A stretch of DNA of 64,000 bases from Octopus vulgaris (GCA_951406725.2 OX597830.1:9362001-9426000), one strand, 5' to 3'; positions 29,949-44,715 are shown, numbered from the stretch's first letter. The notes: a model not told the origin generated them from the sequence alone. Program-made: numbers and translations.

Positions 29949-30457
<509 letters not shown>

Positions 30458-31430
30458 CATAAATACATACATATGGCAAGATGGACACTCGTGTCAATTT
30501 TATCGCGAATCCGCACAGGTTTTCAATCAAATGGTCACGACTCAAGTAATGCAGTTGCATGCAAAGTGACTGGGCAATACGCAGATGCATCATGTATTCT
30601 CAACAAAATCCCTGCAATTAGTTCCATTTTCGTCAGTAGGAAGACAATTTAGATCTCGTCTAATGGAAAACTGTAGGCTGTTGGTATATGTAATATTAAC
30701 TACAAATGAAATAGCATTAACAGTCGGTGATATAATATTAATCAGTAGAAAGACCAATAGTACAACAGAATGGCATTGTATTTTTGTCGTTCAGCAATAT
30801 CGTTTAACTTTGGCAAATGGGAAATTTCTTGACGACACAAATAATAAACTATGCATTCCGAATGTTTCCTCGAAAATGATTTAGTTTATACCATTGGAAG
30901 CGATTCCATTCTCTCGGCGTTTCCAAGGTGAAATGGGAGTCGAAATTAGAGTTTTCGCTGAAATTAGAGTTTTCCCCTGAATGAGTTCACATGTTGGGTA
31001 AACCTTGTTTTGAAAGTATCATCTGTAAGTCAGGTGTATTGCATTACAAAACCATCGGAACTAATGCGTTGTGGGGAAGAGTTCTCTTAGTGGGTTCGTG
31101 GTTTAACTTAGGAAATTACAAGTAGATGCTTGTGCGAAAGTTGTGTGGTGGGCGTATTTTTTGTGTCAATTCAGAAATGCTATGACTACTTTCAGACTGT
31201 AATGTCTCCAGATGAAGAATCTGTCTTGTATATGAAACTTGTAAGGGCCTACTGTGTCATCTACAGTTGGTCGATGCTTTATTGATTTTGGAATATGAGT
31301 GGACACTCACATTCAAGCTGGAATCACAAACTGCATTTGGAACGAACACCCACACTTTAGTGAGGACACACAACTTTGAACTTGAGGAGAAATGTCCCAA
31401 GAAGAGGAAGAAAAAGAGAGAGAGAGGGTG

Positions 31431-31466
<36 letters not shown>

Positions 31467-31573
31467 AAGAAAGGCAGACAAAGGGTGGAGAAAAATAAGA
31501 TAAAAAAAGGCGAGTAAGTCTAAAAGAGCAATTTATTCTGCCCTCTTAAAAACCCACATAACCAGAAAAATTA

Positions 31574-32168
31574 GTTTACGGGTGCCGGCCGCGAATTTTT
31601 TTTCCACGATAGTTCCGGACCCCAGTTATGATCTCATTTGCATACAGCTAATCAGAGCTCAACTATCAAACTAATTCATGAGAGCATAACAAGTGATGGG
31701 CGATAAGATAAGGTCCCTTGGGTAAGGAATGACCATGCTTCTTTTCTCTTTTAAGAATGATTGTTGTTCTTGTTCTTGTTCCAACCATGGATGCCTCTGC
31801 GTAGAAATTTGTGTTGTTGTTTACTTTCTAAAACACTAAGGGGAGAGGGCTGCTCGCACATCACCCTCTACCCACATTTTTCCCATCCACAGCTTTACCA
31901 TGTGGGGCCCTAACAAATCCGATAATAGGTATAGATGCAAATCTAATTACTTGTTTTCTTCTAAAATCAGGCATAACTTGGCGATCGGTCGACTTTACAA
32001 CACCATTCTTCGTCTTGAGTTTACTTCGTCTTGAGTTTACTCGGTAGTGTGTCTTTGTTAACTTGGCAACTAGTTCAAGGTGAGCTCTGATTGGCTATAT
32101 GCAAATGAGTTCATTACTGGGGTCCGGAAGTCTCGTGGGGAAAACATTTCGCGTGCTGGCCATGTAAC
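31574..32168. mobile_element. non-autonomous TIR element (~90-bp inverted repeats)
   Basis: ttccggaccccagt.atga.ctcatttgcata.agc.aatcagagctca near 31612-31661 is inverted near 32081-32129. Confidence 0.7.
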
Positions 32169-33031
32169 GGGAGTGAATTGTCACTATTTGGAGCAGCGCG
32201 GAGTCTGTTGCCGACGGGTTGGCTGTGAACCATTTGATGCAAGCTTTCGAGGGTTTGTAGGGTGATTACTCTGCAAATCGCTAATTAGGATCGGAATCAC
32301 TGACGCAGTAAAAAATGCAGGCCTTTAGTTTTATCACTGAATGCACAAAAAAAAAACTTATTAAGTGCTTTTGGGACAAAAACAGAAGGTTCGTTGTTTG
32401 TTGCCTTTGGAATGTAAACCGAAGCCTCATCAGCCCCAGCTGGGCCGAATGGACGGGTGGTTGTTGTTAGTGGTGGTGGTGGTGGTGGTCTGATGTTAAA
32501 AACCTGAAATTCCCTACAAACCGATGAATATTACTGATGCTGCATCCCAAAGCTTTCCGAAAAATGCTTATAGAAATCTAGTCAAAGAAGAAACGGTAAA
32601 CATTGACTCACGCGTTGAGAGTAGATATAGGATAGCAAGGGTGCAGGAGTACAGGGGTAGTGGAGTACAGGAGTACAGGAGTAATGGAGTGCAAGGGCAC
32701 TATTCAGAAGAGGTATGATTGGACGAAGTAGATATTGTGAAATTTGATGTGTTCAGATACAATAAGGAGTAACGAGAGGAAGAGAGACGGGTGTGTCGGA
32801 ATAGCTAGATAACTTTTGAAGGGATGATACAAAAGTTCAGGCCTACAAGTGTACAGGTGTACAGGGGTACAGGGGTACTATTTAGAAGGTGTATGATTGG
32901 AAGAATTGACTATTGTGAGATCTGATGTGTTCAGGAACAATAGTGGGTTACGAAAGGGAGAGATACGAAAGATGTCGGAGAGGCTGAATGGATTGAGAAG
33001 GGACGGTACAAAAGTACAAGAGTATAGGAAG

Positions 33032-33445
33032 AAAAGGACACAGAGGTACAATTCAGAAAGGACACAGAGGTACCGTACAGAAAGGACACAGAGGTACCAT
33101 TTAGAAAGGACACAGAAGTACCATTCAGAAAGGACACAGAGGTACCATTCAGAAAGGACACAGAGGTACCGTACAGAAAGGACACAGAGGTACGGTACAG
33201 AAAGGACACAGGGGTACCATTCAGAAAGGACACAGAGGTACCGTACAGAAAGGACACAGAGGTACGGTACAGAAAGGACACAGGGGTACCATTCAGAAAG
33301 GACACAGAGGTATCGTACAGAAAGGATACAGAGGTACCGTTCAGAAAGGACACAGAGGTACCGTACAGAAAGGACACAGAGGTACCATTCTGAAAGGACA
33401 CAGAGGTACCATTCAGAAAGGACACAGAGGTACCATTCAGAAAGG
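33032..33445. repeat. 24-bp minisatellite, 17 units (gaaaggacacagaggtaccattca), inside a ~180-bp degenerate tandem repeat
   Basis: Direct count of units. The flanking motif gtgagatctgatgtgttcag recurs near 32737, 32914 and 33470. Confidence 0.95.
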
Positions 33446-34200
33446 GCATGCCTGGACAAATTGACAGTCGTGAGATCTGATGTGTTCAGGTATTCAGATA
33501 CAGTAGGAAGCAACAAACGGAAGAGTTACAGGTGTGCTGGAGTGGCTAGATGGCTTAGGAGAGGATGGCATGCAGCTTCCTAGTTCAGAGAAAAAGATGT
33601 CGTAGTAACGGTAGAAGATGAAAGCGATTGGATGCAGCCGGCCTATGAGACAGTTGTTGTCTGTCGCTGAATGAATGGTCTCCTGATGAGGGTAGCCATA
33701 CTTTTAGTGGTTGGCTGGCGGGTAGGTGGACCACTTGTGCTATTTCACATCGATAGACATCTGTCACGAAAAATATGTCACGCTGTGGACGGCACGTGTC
33801 GTTAAGTGGACACGAGTTAGTTGAAGATGGAATTCCTAGCAATGGACGTTCAGTTTTCAGGTACTTTTACGAACTACTCCCTGTTGCACGTGCATCACAA
33901 ACACAATCGTACACACACAGACACGCTCACAAGCGCAGACACACTCGCAAACACGCACGCACGCACACATATCCGTACGAACGCACGCACACATATACAC
34001 ATACAAACAAAGATATAGAAAAACGAAGATGCATACGTATTTACGTACCTCCATAAATACATACATTAAAACACTCATACATAAACACATACACACAACA
34101 TACACAAATATGTTCATACACATGCGTGAAGACATACACATATTCATGGATACATGTGAGTGTGTGCATACGTAAATCAATCTCTTTGTCTGTCTGTCAG

Positions 34201-34291
<91 letters not shown>

Positions 34292-34445
34292 ATATACACA
34301 CGAACACAGGTATCCATAAATAGACTCATACATAAATACATACATAAAATATATACTGATTGTTCCGTTGATGTGTGCGCGTGTTTATGTGTGTGCGTGG
34401 ATATATATATATGTATACTATCTCTCTTTCTCTCTATATATATAC

Positions 34446-34553
<108 letters not shown>

Positions 34554-34955
34554 GAAAGAAATATATATATATATATATATATTTGTATGTATATATGTAT
34601 AGTAGATATATATCCAAGAACACACATACAAACATACACGCATATTTGCATACAAATACACAGATACACTCATAAACATATGTGCACAAACGCATCTCTC
34701 ACAATATTAAAGACACGAGAGGGTTTCATTTTGTCCCCTAAACTTTTCACTAGTCACTCAGCCCCTGTACACCCTTATATCTCACCCACTGGACCAAATA
34801 CAATGGAGGTGAGTGTATATAATGCGCAATATTTACTTTTCATCAACATTTTGTTTTTTGCACGACTCATTTTCGCGCTTTATTGTTCTGTATTGAAGCA
34901 CACACACACACACACACATACACACGCACGCACACACACACATACACACACGCAC

Positions 34956-35105
<150 letters not shown>

Positions 35106-35109
35106 ATAT

Positions 35110-35535
35110 ATTCTTTTGTACTTTTACTTGTTTCAGCCATTTGACTGCGGCCATGCTGGAGCATAGCTACCAGGTCGGACAAATCGATCCCGGGATTTAT
35201 TCTTTGTAAGCCTACTACTCATTTTACCGGTCTGTTTTGCCGAACCGCTAAGTTCGGCAAAACGGGGACGTAAAGGCATCAACATCGGCTCTCAAGCAAT
35301 GCTGGGGGAGGGGAACACAGATACACAAATACATACATACATACATACACACATACATATATGTGTATATACGACGGGCTTCTTTCAGTTTCCGTCAACC
35401 AAATCCATTCACAAGGCTTTGGTCAGCCCGAGGCTACAGTGGAAGACATTTGCCCAAGGTGCCATGCAATGGGAATGAACCCGGAGCCATGTGTTTGAGA
35501 AGGAAGGTACTTACCACACAGCCACTCCTACGCCT
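35110..35535 (-). mobile_element. CORE-type SINE, full length
   Basis: Head, microsatellite and tail as in 22533-23155. Confidence 0.85.
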
Positions 35536-35541
35536 ATATAC

Positions 35542-35579
<38 letters not shown>

Positions 35580-35604
35580 TTGTGTGTGTGTGTGCATATA
35601 TATA

Positions 35605-35637
<33 letters not shown>

Positions 35638-35906
35638 TTGAGGCTTGATTTAATCTTCCTTGCATTATAAATGTTCACTATAGCACCTATAGTATACATA
35701 TAAATATATGTGCAAATATTTGCATATATAAATACACATATATTCGTATGCATACATACAAATGCATATATATACGCACACACACACACACACATACATA
35801 CATATATATATATGTATAAACATATATACACACTTGTACTTTATTCTCTTCTATTCCTTATAAACTGTGAATATCGCTGTCTATAACTTTCATACATAGT
35901 CATTTT

Positions 35907-35982
35907 GTCTCTGATGACGGAGTGCCCAGCGTACGGACATGCTACCCTATCAATTGGAATATTCCAGAAACAACTGTAAGAC
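35907..35982 (+). ncRNA. type I hammerhead ribozyme
   Basis: gucu-CUGAUGA-c-ggagug..(long loop)..uauucc-a-GAAAC-aacu-GUA-agac. Confidence 0.7.
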
Positions 35983-36662
35983 TTCAAATTCACCTTTCCC
36001 TAATTAAATTAAATTATTCAATATTGTTCTAAATGACTTGAGATACTCGCCCTGTTTTGGTTTTTGTTGTCCTTTTCCTCTAATGTAATATTATAACATA
36101 CTTTTCTACTCTAGGCACAAGGACCAAAGTTGTTGGGGAGAGGGCCAGTCGATTAGATCGACTCCAGTACGCAACTAATACTTAATTTATCGAACCCTAA
36201 AATGATGAAAGGCAAAGTCGACCTCGGCGGAATTTGAACTCAGAACGTAAAGACAGACGAATTTCACCGGCGTGAAATAAATATAATATAATAAAATAAG
36301 AATATCATAATATAATAAAATAAGAATATCATAATATAATAAAAATTGCTAACACGGAAGCCTACTACGGATGCCTAGCTCCAGCCTCAGGTGTGAACAT
36401 GGAACCTAACGGATGACCAATTATAGCACTTACGCAGCGTACCTATTCGCTTAGATCACCAGTGAACCCTCATATTCTCTCTCTCTCTCCTTCTCTCTTT
36501 CAATGCTTGAAATGAGGAGTAGATGGATAGCCAAGAACTGATGAAGGGTCGTTCTTTATATTACTTGTCTTGTTTTCTATTTGTTTCTCTCGCTGTTTGC
36601 GTACCCAACTTTGTTTTCGTATTTCATGTTGTTTACTTTTTATGACGTCCTGTACCCATATA

Positions 36663-36719
<57 letters not shown>

Positions 36720-36743
36720 ACATAAATGTATGTATATATGCAT

Positions 36744-36799
<56 letters not shown>

Positions 36800-36800
<1 letters not shown>

Positions 36801-37178
36801 TTCATTCAGAGATTTATTATTGCTTGTATACCCTTTTTCAAAATCAGTGACGAAAAGTCACTGGAAAAAGGATATAAATATTTGCATTGGGACTCCTTTC
36901 GTCGAAAACCGGTGATTGTCGTGCGCTGATGACGGGTCAATACCCAGAAACTGCAGTCCGTGCGTAACACTTAGGTTGACGAGGGAAGGATGACCTCCCT
37001 TTGCAAATACCGATAGGGCACAGAAAGTGTGCCTATAGCCAGCTGGAGGAGATGTTCTCCTGGGGTTACAAGCTACAGTAACACCCACCCTTAGTGGTTA
37101 GCCATATTGAGATGGCAAATATACCTCACAATGTCGTGCAGTTACTGTTTATACCTCGTTCAGAGATGTATTATTGTT

Positions 37179-37183
<5 letters not shown>
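36800..37183 (+). mobile_element. 354-nt hammerhead-bearing monomer with terminal redundancy
   Basis: ttcagagat.tattattg at 36805 and 37159. Homologous to the reverse complement of 29949-30358. (TA)n flanks. Confidence 0.85.
36921..36963 (+). ncRNA. minimal type I hammerhead ribozyme
   Basis: gugcg-CUGAUGA-c-gggu(caau)accc-a-GAAAC-ugca-GUC-cgugc. Palindromic stem III ACUGCAGU; predicted cleavage after 36958. Confidence 0.78.
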
Positions 37184-37241
<58 letters not shown>

Positions 37242-37676
37242 TGTATACATACATATGTAATATTTATTTAAATGTACATGTATCAATCTACCTACGCAGC
37301 TATCTTTCTATCTATGCCGAAATAAGTTGCGGCATCACTGGTGCCAAGTCGTATCGGCCTTTGCCTTACCATTAGATAACATTTTTGTCGTAGAGAGGTG
37401 AGGCTGGTATGAATGTGTAACAACTGGTCTTCCATAAACAATCTTTATGAGTATTATTTTTGTTTCGATATTAGTTGTTGTTATCAGGCGGCGGCGGCGA
37501 GCGTGCAAAATCGTTAGCTTGTTGGAAAAAATGCTGAGCAGAATTTCGGCCGGTTTCAAGTTCAAGTTCCGCCTAGCACAACTTTGCCTTTCATGCTTTC
37601 GACGAGGGTGGGATACCAGTTGAGCACTAGGGTTAATGTAATCGACTTAGCTCCCTGCCTACAAAATAATAATAAC

Positions 37677-37753
<77 letters not shown>

Positions 37754-37779
37754 TAATAATAATAATAATAATAATAATA

Positions 37780-37816
<37 letters not shown>

Positions 37817-38073
37817 TATGTTTGACTTTTGCTTTATATTTGTACAAGTTGGCTCCAAGTCTCACCCAGAGACCTCAACAGACAACAAGTTGGAAGTTCA
37901 CGTTGTTGTTATGCCTAGTGTGCCATACATTTGGGGGTTTTTTTTGGTGTTGTACTAGTGAATGTCTAATAAATAAATAAAAAAAATTTTTTAATTAAAT
38001 AAAAAAATAAAAATTGTTTGTTTTAAACCTTGAGATTACATAGAAAGTATTTTGCGTAGGATATGAGAAGTTC
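37817..38073 (-). mobile_element. extreme 3' end of an R4/Dong-type LINE
   Basis: MGTSHILRKILSM* followed by a 3' UTR ending in (AAT)n on the minus strand. Confidence 0.75.
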
Positions 38074-38074
38074 C

Positions 38075-38114
<40 letters not shown>

Positions 38115-38670
38115 GAGTGAGAGAGCAGTTCATGCCATCAAAGTGACACTGGGGTAAAATATACGAAGCCCAATATACCCATCATGACTACCCGTCTGAT
38201 AAGGGCACACCAGGCACATGCATCACAACCAAATGTGCGCGACATAGTGATCTCGTATCAAGATAAACAGCACATGACCTTGCAGGTGGGGCCCAGTTAG
38301 AATTTTCTTCAGGTTGAGTAGCCCATCCCGCTCAAACGGTCCCTGAATAAGGGTTGTTTAAGGATGTTGAAAAAACCACCCATGTTTCCAGAGGTGAATT
38401 ATTCAAACCACAACGAATCCCTCTCAACACATGGCTATGATCCTCTCCCACTACTTCTGCTCGTGATCAGAGATGCACATATCGTCAGCCACTAAGGGTC
38501 ATGCTCAAGTGCTTAAGGTCAAACAACTGACAAGCAAATCTGTGGTATTGAGCAGAATATTTGCTGTAGCCCATCTTTTATACCAAAACAAAACAATGTA
38601 CATGATAACACTTCCAATCAGTTAAGATCAGAAGCCATGAGAGCCACTGCCTGGTACTGCATCAGGGCAC
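38115..38670 (-). mobile_element. (TAA)n-associated element, copy D
   Basis: Reverse complement of copy B; embedded in (TTA)n. Confidence 0.9.
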
Positions 38671-38731
<61 letters not shown>

Positions 38732-38745
38732 CATTATTATTATTA

Positions 38746-38825
<80 letters not shown>

Positions 38826-39683
38826 AATTGCTGACCTAGTACCAAAGTTTGAAAACTTTTGCTTTATTCCTCTTTTTGGAGATATTCCAAACGCTTTTAG
38901 TTGGACACTTTGTCGTTTGCAGGTAGTGACTAAAATATTATATTCTCTCAGATAATCGCCATATATTTTCCACAATTTCAAGCTGGATTTAGGGAAGTTC
39001 GAATCTCAAGGTATCTTATTTCCAGAATATTCTGATACTTTGGGGTGTTCTGCACCGCACGGCAAAAAAGGCGGGAAAATTATAACATGGACGATATTTC
39101 ATCAAAAAACGCAAGCATCATTGTATGATTTACTACAAATAGCAGCTAAGTCTCGTATGATATTAAATCCAGGAGTAAGAAAATACATAGAGGACACATT
39201 GGGTAGTGTAGTCCAAGATATATTGCACTAGCAGATATATTAAGATTTTGGCAGGAGTGGAGATAATCTTATGGAGGCGCAGTCTACTTAAGGTCTGTTC
39301 AAATACTTTAGAATAAATCACGACCACATGAACATAATCATCATCATCAACATCATCAACAATAACAACAACAAAAACTACTACTACAACAATAATAACC
39401 ACAACAACCACAACAAGAACAATAACAGTTAACACATACATATAAACACACACAAGAATACCAGCATGAAGTGTAGATAATATAAAAGAAAAACAAAATG
39501 GAATATTAAAATAAATAAGAATATCAATATCAATAAAGAAAATACAAAGAAAAAAAAGGAGGAAAACAAAACAACAAAATTGAAATTTCATGGCTGACGT
39601 TCTTTTCAATGGCGGTAAAATAAAATATAACAACCGTGATGTGATAGATAAGGTAAGTGTATATATGTGTATGCACTGTACAT

Positions 39684-39747
<64 letters not shown>

Positions 39748-40102
39748 ATATATATATATATATACAAATACACATATATATATAAATATATATATGTATA
39801 CAAATGTATATATACGTATATATATAGATATACATACACACCTGTGTGTGTTTGTGTGTGTGTGTTTTGTGTATATTTAGTGGAAGGGAGATATGGCGGG
39901 TGAGAGAGGAGAAGGAACATAGAAGATTCCCAAAATAGACATCCATCACCTTAGGATGTATTAAGTTGGTGTTTATTTCGAATAAATGTACTTTGAAATA
40001 TCCGTATATCATACAGACTATATATACACATACATACATATATACATACTTACAAACATACATACATAGATACATACATACATACATACATACATACATA
40101 CA

Positions 40103-40134
<32 letters not shown>

Positions 40135-40751
40135 CATACATATATATATATATTTACACACACACACAGTCACACACACACACAGATATATATATATATT
40201 CACGCACACACATAAACATACATAGGAGATGTGTCTCTTTCTCCACAGATGAATACATACATATATACATACGCCCCTCACACAAACGTATGTATACATA
40301 TATACATATAAACATTTTTTCATACGTACATACATATACGTATATAGATCCACACACATATATATATACGCACACACACACACATCTATATATACATATA
40401 TATACATACACCATACACACAACGCCCCACATATATATATAAATGCATATGCATGTATATGTGACCATGTATACACTCATGTATACATACATATCTATTT
40501 ATATATGTATGTATGTATCTATCTGCCTATCTACCTATCTCTCTCTATGTTTCTATCTATCTATATTTATATCTATATATATGTGCATATAAATATATAT
40601 TTGTGTCTGTATATATACATATATGTATATGTACATATGTATGTATGCATGCATGTATATATATATATACACAGACACACACACATAGATACACGCGCAC
40701 ACACACATATATATGTATATATACATACATATATGTATGTATATATCTACA

Positions 40752-40824
<73 letters not shown>

Positions 40825-41344
40825 TGATACACTCAGACGCAGTGAGATCCATGCGTAGATATCATTAAAAATAGGCCATCAGGTGGATGAATTGAGAATC
40901 CACACCTGCATGCCGTGTTGTACCAAGTCAGCGCATTCATAGTTGCAGTTGCACATTTTCTACTGCTGCACATACTCCCCCCTTCCCCTCAGCCTCCTCC
41001 CCCAACTTGTCCTACTGCTATTACGAATACTTATTACTACCAATATTATCGATTACTAAAAATGCTTGCTAAACTAGATGCAAGATAATAGCAACTAATA
41101 GATACTGAAGAGGTAGGAAATAAAATTTGATGCTGATGATGTATTGTTAGTCAAAGCTATATTTCCAACTAGCTTCCTACCTAGCAACTGATCTACCTCT
41201 CATCCTAATTACCTACCTACCTACCTACCTACCTACATACCTACCTGGGTATCTAACTATTTATTTATCTACCTAGCCTACTTGCCTCTTTGTGCACCAG
41301 ACTATATACTTACCTACTTCCTCGTCTGTCCATCCGTCTGTTAG

Positions 41345-41416
<72 letters not shown>

Positions 41417-41709
41417 GCTAGCTAGCTAGCTAGCTAGCTATCTATCCAACTGCATAATTATCTACCTACCTGCCTGCCTACCTACCTACAAACCTACCTA
41501 CCTACATACTTACATACCTACCTACCTAATTACTCACCCAAACACCCACCCACCTACCTACCTACCTACTACCCAGTAACCTTTCTATCTACCTACCTAC
41601 CAACCTACCTAGATCACTACACACCCACCTACATATCTACCTACCCACCTACCTACCTATCTACACATCTATCTATCTATCTCTCCCTCCTGTCTCTCTC
41701 CCTCTCTCC

Positions 41710-41768
<59 letters not shown>

Positions 41769-42204
41769 CCTCTCATCCTACCTACCCACCTACCTACCTA
41801 CCTACCTACCTACCTACCTACCTACCTACCTACCTACCCACTTACCTACCTACCTACCTAACCACACATCTATCCCCCCTCTCTCTCCCTTTCTCTCCCC
41901 CTCTCTCTCTATCTATAATATAGCATATTTATTTACACAGTATTTCCTCCCTATCTATAAATGTTGGTGTGCAGATGTTGGAATGCAAAGGTTCATGTAT
42001 ATATGCAAGGCCATATCTCTTGGAGTGCATATGTGTAGATGTTGATAATGTTTAATAAGTGCAAAATATATTGTTACTGTTAAAGCTGAGTAATGAGTAG
42101 AAAGTGAAAAGAACAAATTTGTGGTTCTTTGCCGAATGTAATCTATATTTAGTTTTCAGATTTTAACCAAAGATAAACCTTTACCCAACTGATATCATCA
42201 CCAA

Positions 42205-42405
42205 AGGCGGCGAGCTGGCAGAATCGTTAGCACGCGGGCGAATTGCTTAGCGGTATTTCGTCTGTTTTTATGTTCTGAGTTCCAATTCCGCCGAGGTCAA
42301 CTTTGCTTTTCATCCTTTCGGGGTCAATAAATTAAGTACCAGTTGAGTACTGGAGTCGATCTAATCGATTGACACCCTCCCACCAAAATAGAGTAGAAAA
42401 GGATA
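42205..42405 (+). mobile_element. Meta/MESC-core SINE
   Basis: Family match. Confidence 0.85.
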
Positions 42406-42471
42406 TCATGACTAAACTTAATTCAGTCGTACTCTTTCTTTTATTATATATATATAATAACATAATATATG

Positions 42472-42559
<88 letters not shown>

Positions 42560-42849
42560 ACCAACATGGCCCAGTGGTTAGGGCGGCGGACTCGCGTTCG
42601 TAGGATCGCAGTTTCGATTCCTAGACCGAGCGTTTTGAGTGTTTATTGAACAAAAACACCTAAAGCTCCACGAGGCTCCGGCAGGGGGTGGCGATCCCTG
42701 CTGTACTCTTTCGCTACAACTTTCTCTCACTTTTTCTTCTGTTGGCCTGCTCTCTTAGCCAGTGGGGTGGCGTCATTTGAAGGCTAAAACAATGCGAAGC
42801 GCATTGTGACCAGCGATGTGTAGCAACATCTGATAGCCTGGTCGGTCAC

Positions 42850-42852
<3 letters not shown>
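42560..42852 (+). mobile_element. third tRNA-derived SINE family
   Basis: A box tggcccagtgg, B box-like gtttcgattcc; head and body shared with 53885-54243. Confidence 0.8.
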
Positions 42853-42933
<81 letters not shown>

Positions 42934-43469
42934 CATTTTTACAATCGTAGCTAAATGGGATGAATGATATTTAGCTTCTACCTCCGAGATCTGCAATCGC
43001 CTTCACCCGGGCTCGCGCCTGCAGCTGCTATGCACCCAAAACACGCACACGCACACACACGTAAGTGTCTGTGTGAGTGTGTGAGAATACAGATATATAA
43101 ATGCTTGCATACATGCATGCGTATATGAATAGATAAATGATGGAAAATGGAATGAAGGACATTCTTTATTTAAAACTCACTACAATCGTTTCGACCCGCT
43201 TTTACACCCGTAGTACTTTCATGAGTAGTTGCGTAATCTTTATCATCCATCGAAGATGTAAAATGCACTTCCGCGGCTGATTGTTCAAATAAGTCCTTCG
43301 TAAGATCTCTCTCGCATTTCCCTCAGTGTAGAAATGTATTTTCATACTAAGTGAAATTATGTATATCTAGTAACATGAGCATCAGATAGCCAATAACTTC
43401 GGATGAGCTTTGTATAACATTCTACAAGGTTTTTATCCTATTCCTGTTTAACTAAATACATACATAGGA

Positions 43470-43730
43470 TGTAGTGGTTATATAGTAGTCAGAATGCAAG
43501 ATGATTGGGTCCCTAAGTAATTTCTGTATGGTGAGTGAGCCGTGTCTAAAAGGCCAGCGTACAAGCCGAAATTTACGTGTTAGGACTGTATCAAGAATAC
43601 ACTCGAGAAGGTCAAAATCTTTGAAAATGGATGGGAGAACATCGCCGTAGATCGTTATGAAAGTATACGAAGACCCTTCAGTCATTGAATACGCAGCTTC
43701 ATTAGCCAACTGGTGTAGCAGATTCCAAAT
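43470..43730 (+). pseudogene. RTE-type LINE C-terminal fragment
   Basis: VRMQDDWVPK*FLYGE*AVSKRPAYKPK..DCIKNTLEKVKI..WENIAVDR. Confidence 0.7.
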
Positions 43731-44333
43731 CTGTCCATCAGGAAAAGTTAATATCTTATCAAACAATTGTTCTTGTATACAATAAGGTAACAAGTTTGAA
43801 ATAGTTTCAAAGTGCCGGAAGGAAAATCGTTAGCACGAGACAATTTGAAACAGAGTCGGGTTAAATTAAAGTATAAAGTCTGAAGAGATCACCAAGAGCC
43901 GACGTGGAGACCGTTAACACATGGAATAATTTGAAAAAGGTTTGGGTTAAATTTCTGCATCTATGAACATCAATCGCCACCGAAAATATATTTTACGAAG
44001 AAATCTACCATTATTACCACTTATGAATGCCAAATATCAAAACCTGTTTCAAAAAATATCTGATAACAATATTTTTAATCTTGTTATATACATACATACA
44101 TATATGCATACATATATAATACATATATATACATGTATGTATGTATGTATGTATGTATGTATGTATGTATGTATGTATGTATGTATGTATGTATGTATGT
44201 ATGTATATAAAGTTAAGATTCAGTTGAATTAGGTACTTAAATTGAAGTATCTTGCCGGTTCGGTATAGTCCGCACAGCTCCAAGTTAGGTGAACAGAATG
44301 TAAATAAGCAACAAGTATGCGCATATGTCAATT

Positions 44334-44416
44334 CGTTACGACCGTTTCAAGCGGCTCCATTTAATTGACCAATGAAGAAATTACATTAATTTGAAAGGAA
44401 CCGCTCTCTTCAGACG
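44334..44416 (-). ncRNA. type I hammerhead ribozyme
   Basis: cgu-CUGAAGA-gagcgguucc..(loop)..ggagccgcuu-GAAAC-gguc-GUA-acg; 10-bp stem II. Confidence 0.72.
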
Positions 44417-44655
44417 CAGGTGATCATATAGATTTCAAACATAAAGGAATTGCATTGTTTCCTTATGTTACATCTGTGGCAGAATGAGTTTAGAAACTAA
44501 TACATATCTTATTAAGGCTATTATGATCTAGAGAGTAGCAGAGAAAAAATAGTGAGGGTCAATAGGTCTATATGTATCGAAACATTTGTAGCGATCATTA
44601 AAAGTCTGCCTAACCGTACTTACTCTTCCTTTTGACTCTCTTTTACTCTTTACTT

Positions 44656-44715
<60 letters not shown>

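Noticed and set aside
32400-32460. Minus-strand CTGATGA followed by a small hairpin
   Set aside because: GAAA is absent after stem II.
33032-33445. Regular 24-bp array resembling CRISPR
   Set aside because: No unique spacers, only few-nt variants of a tandem unit; no cas genes; eukaryotic context.
32897-33583. 228-aa ERTQRY-repeat ORF as a real protein
   Set aside because: It starts at TTG, openness is explained by the 24-bp unit, and neighbouring repeat units contain stops.
33683-33730. CTGATGA hammerhead box
   Set aside because: No properly placed GAAA or stem III downstream.
42565-42630. tRNA gene (also SINE heads at 54180-54243 and 59903-59965)
   Set aside because: Incomplete cloverleaf running directly into repeat bodies, so these are SINE heads.
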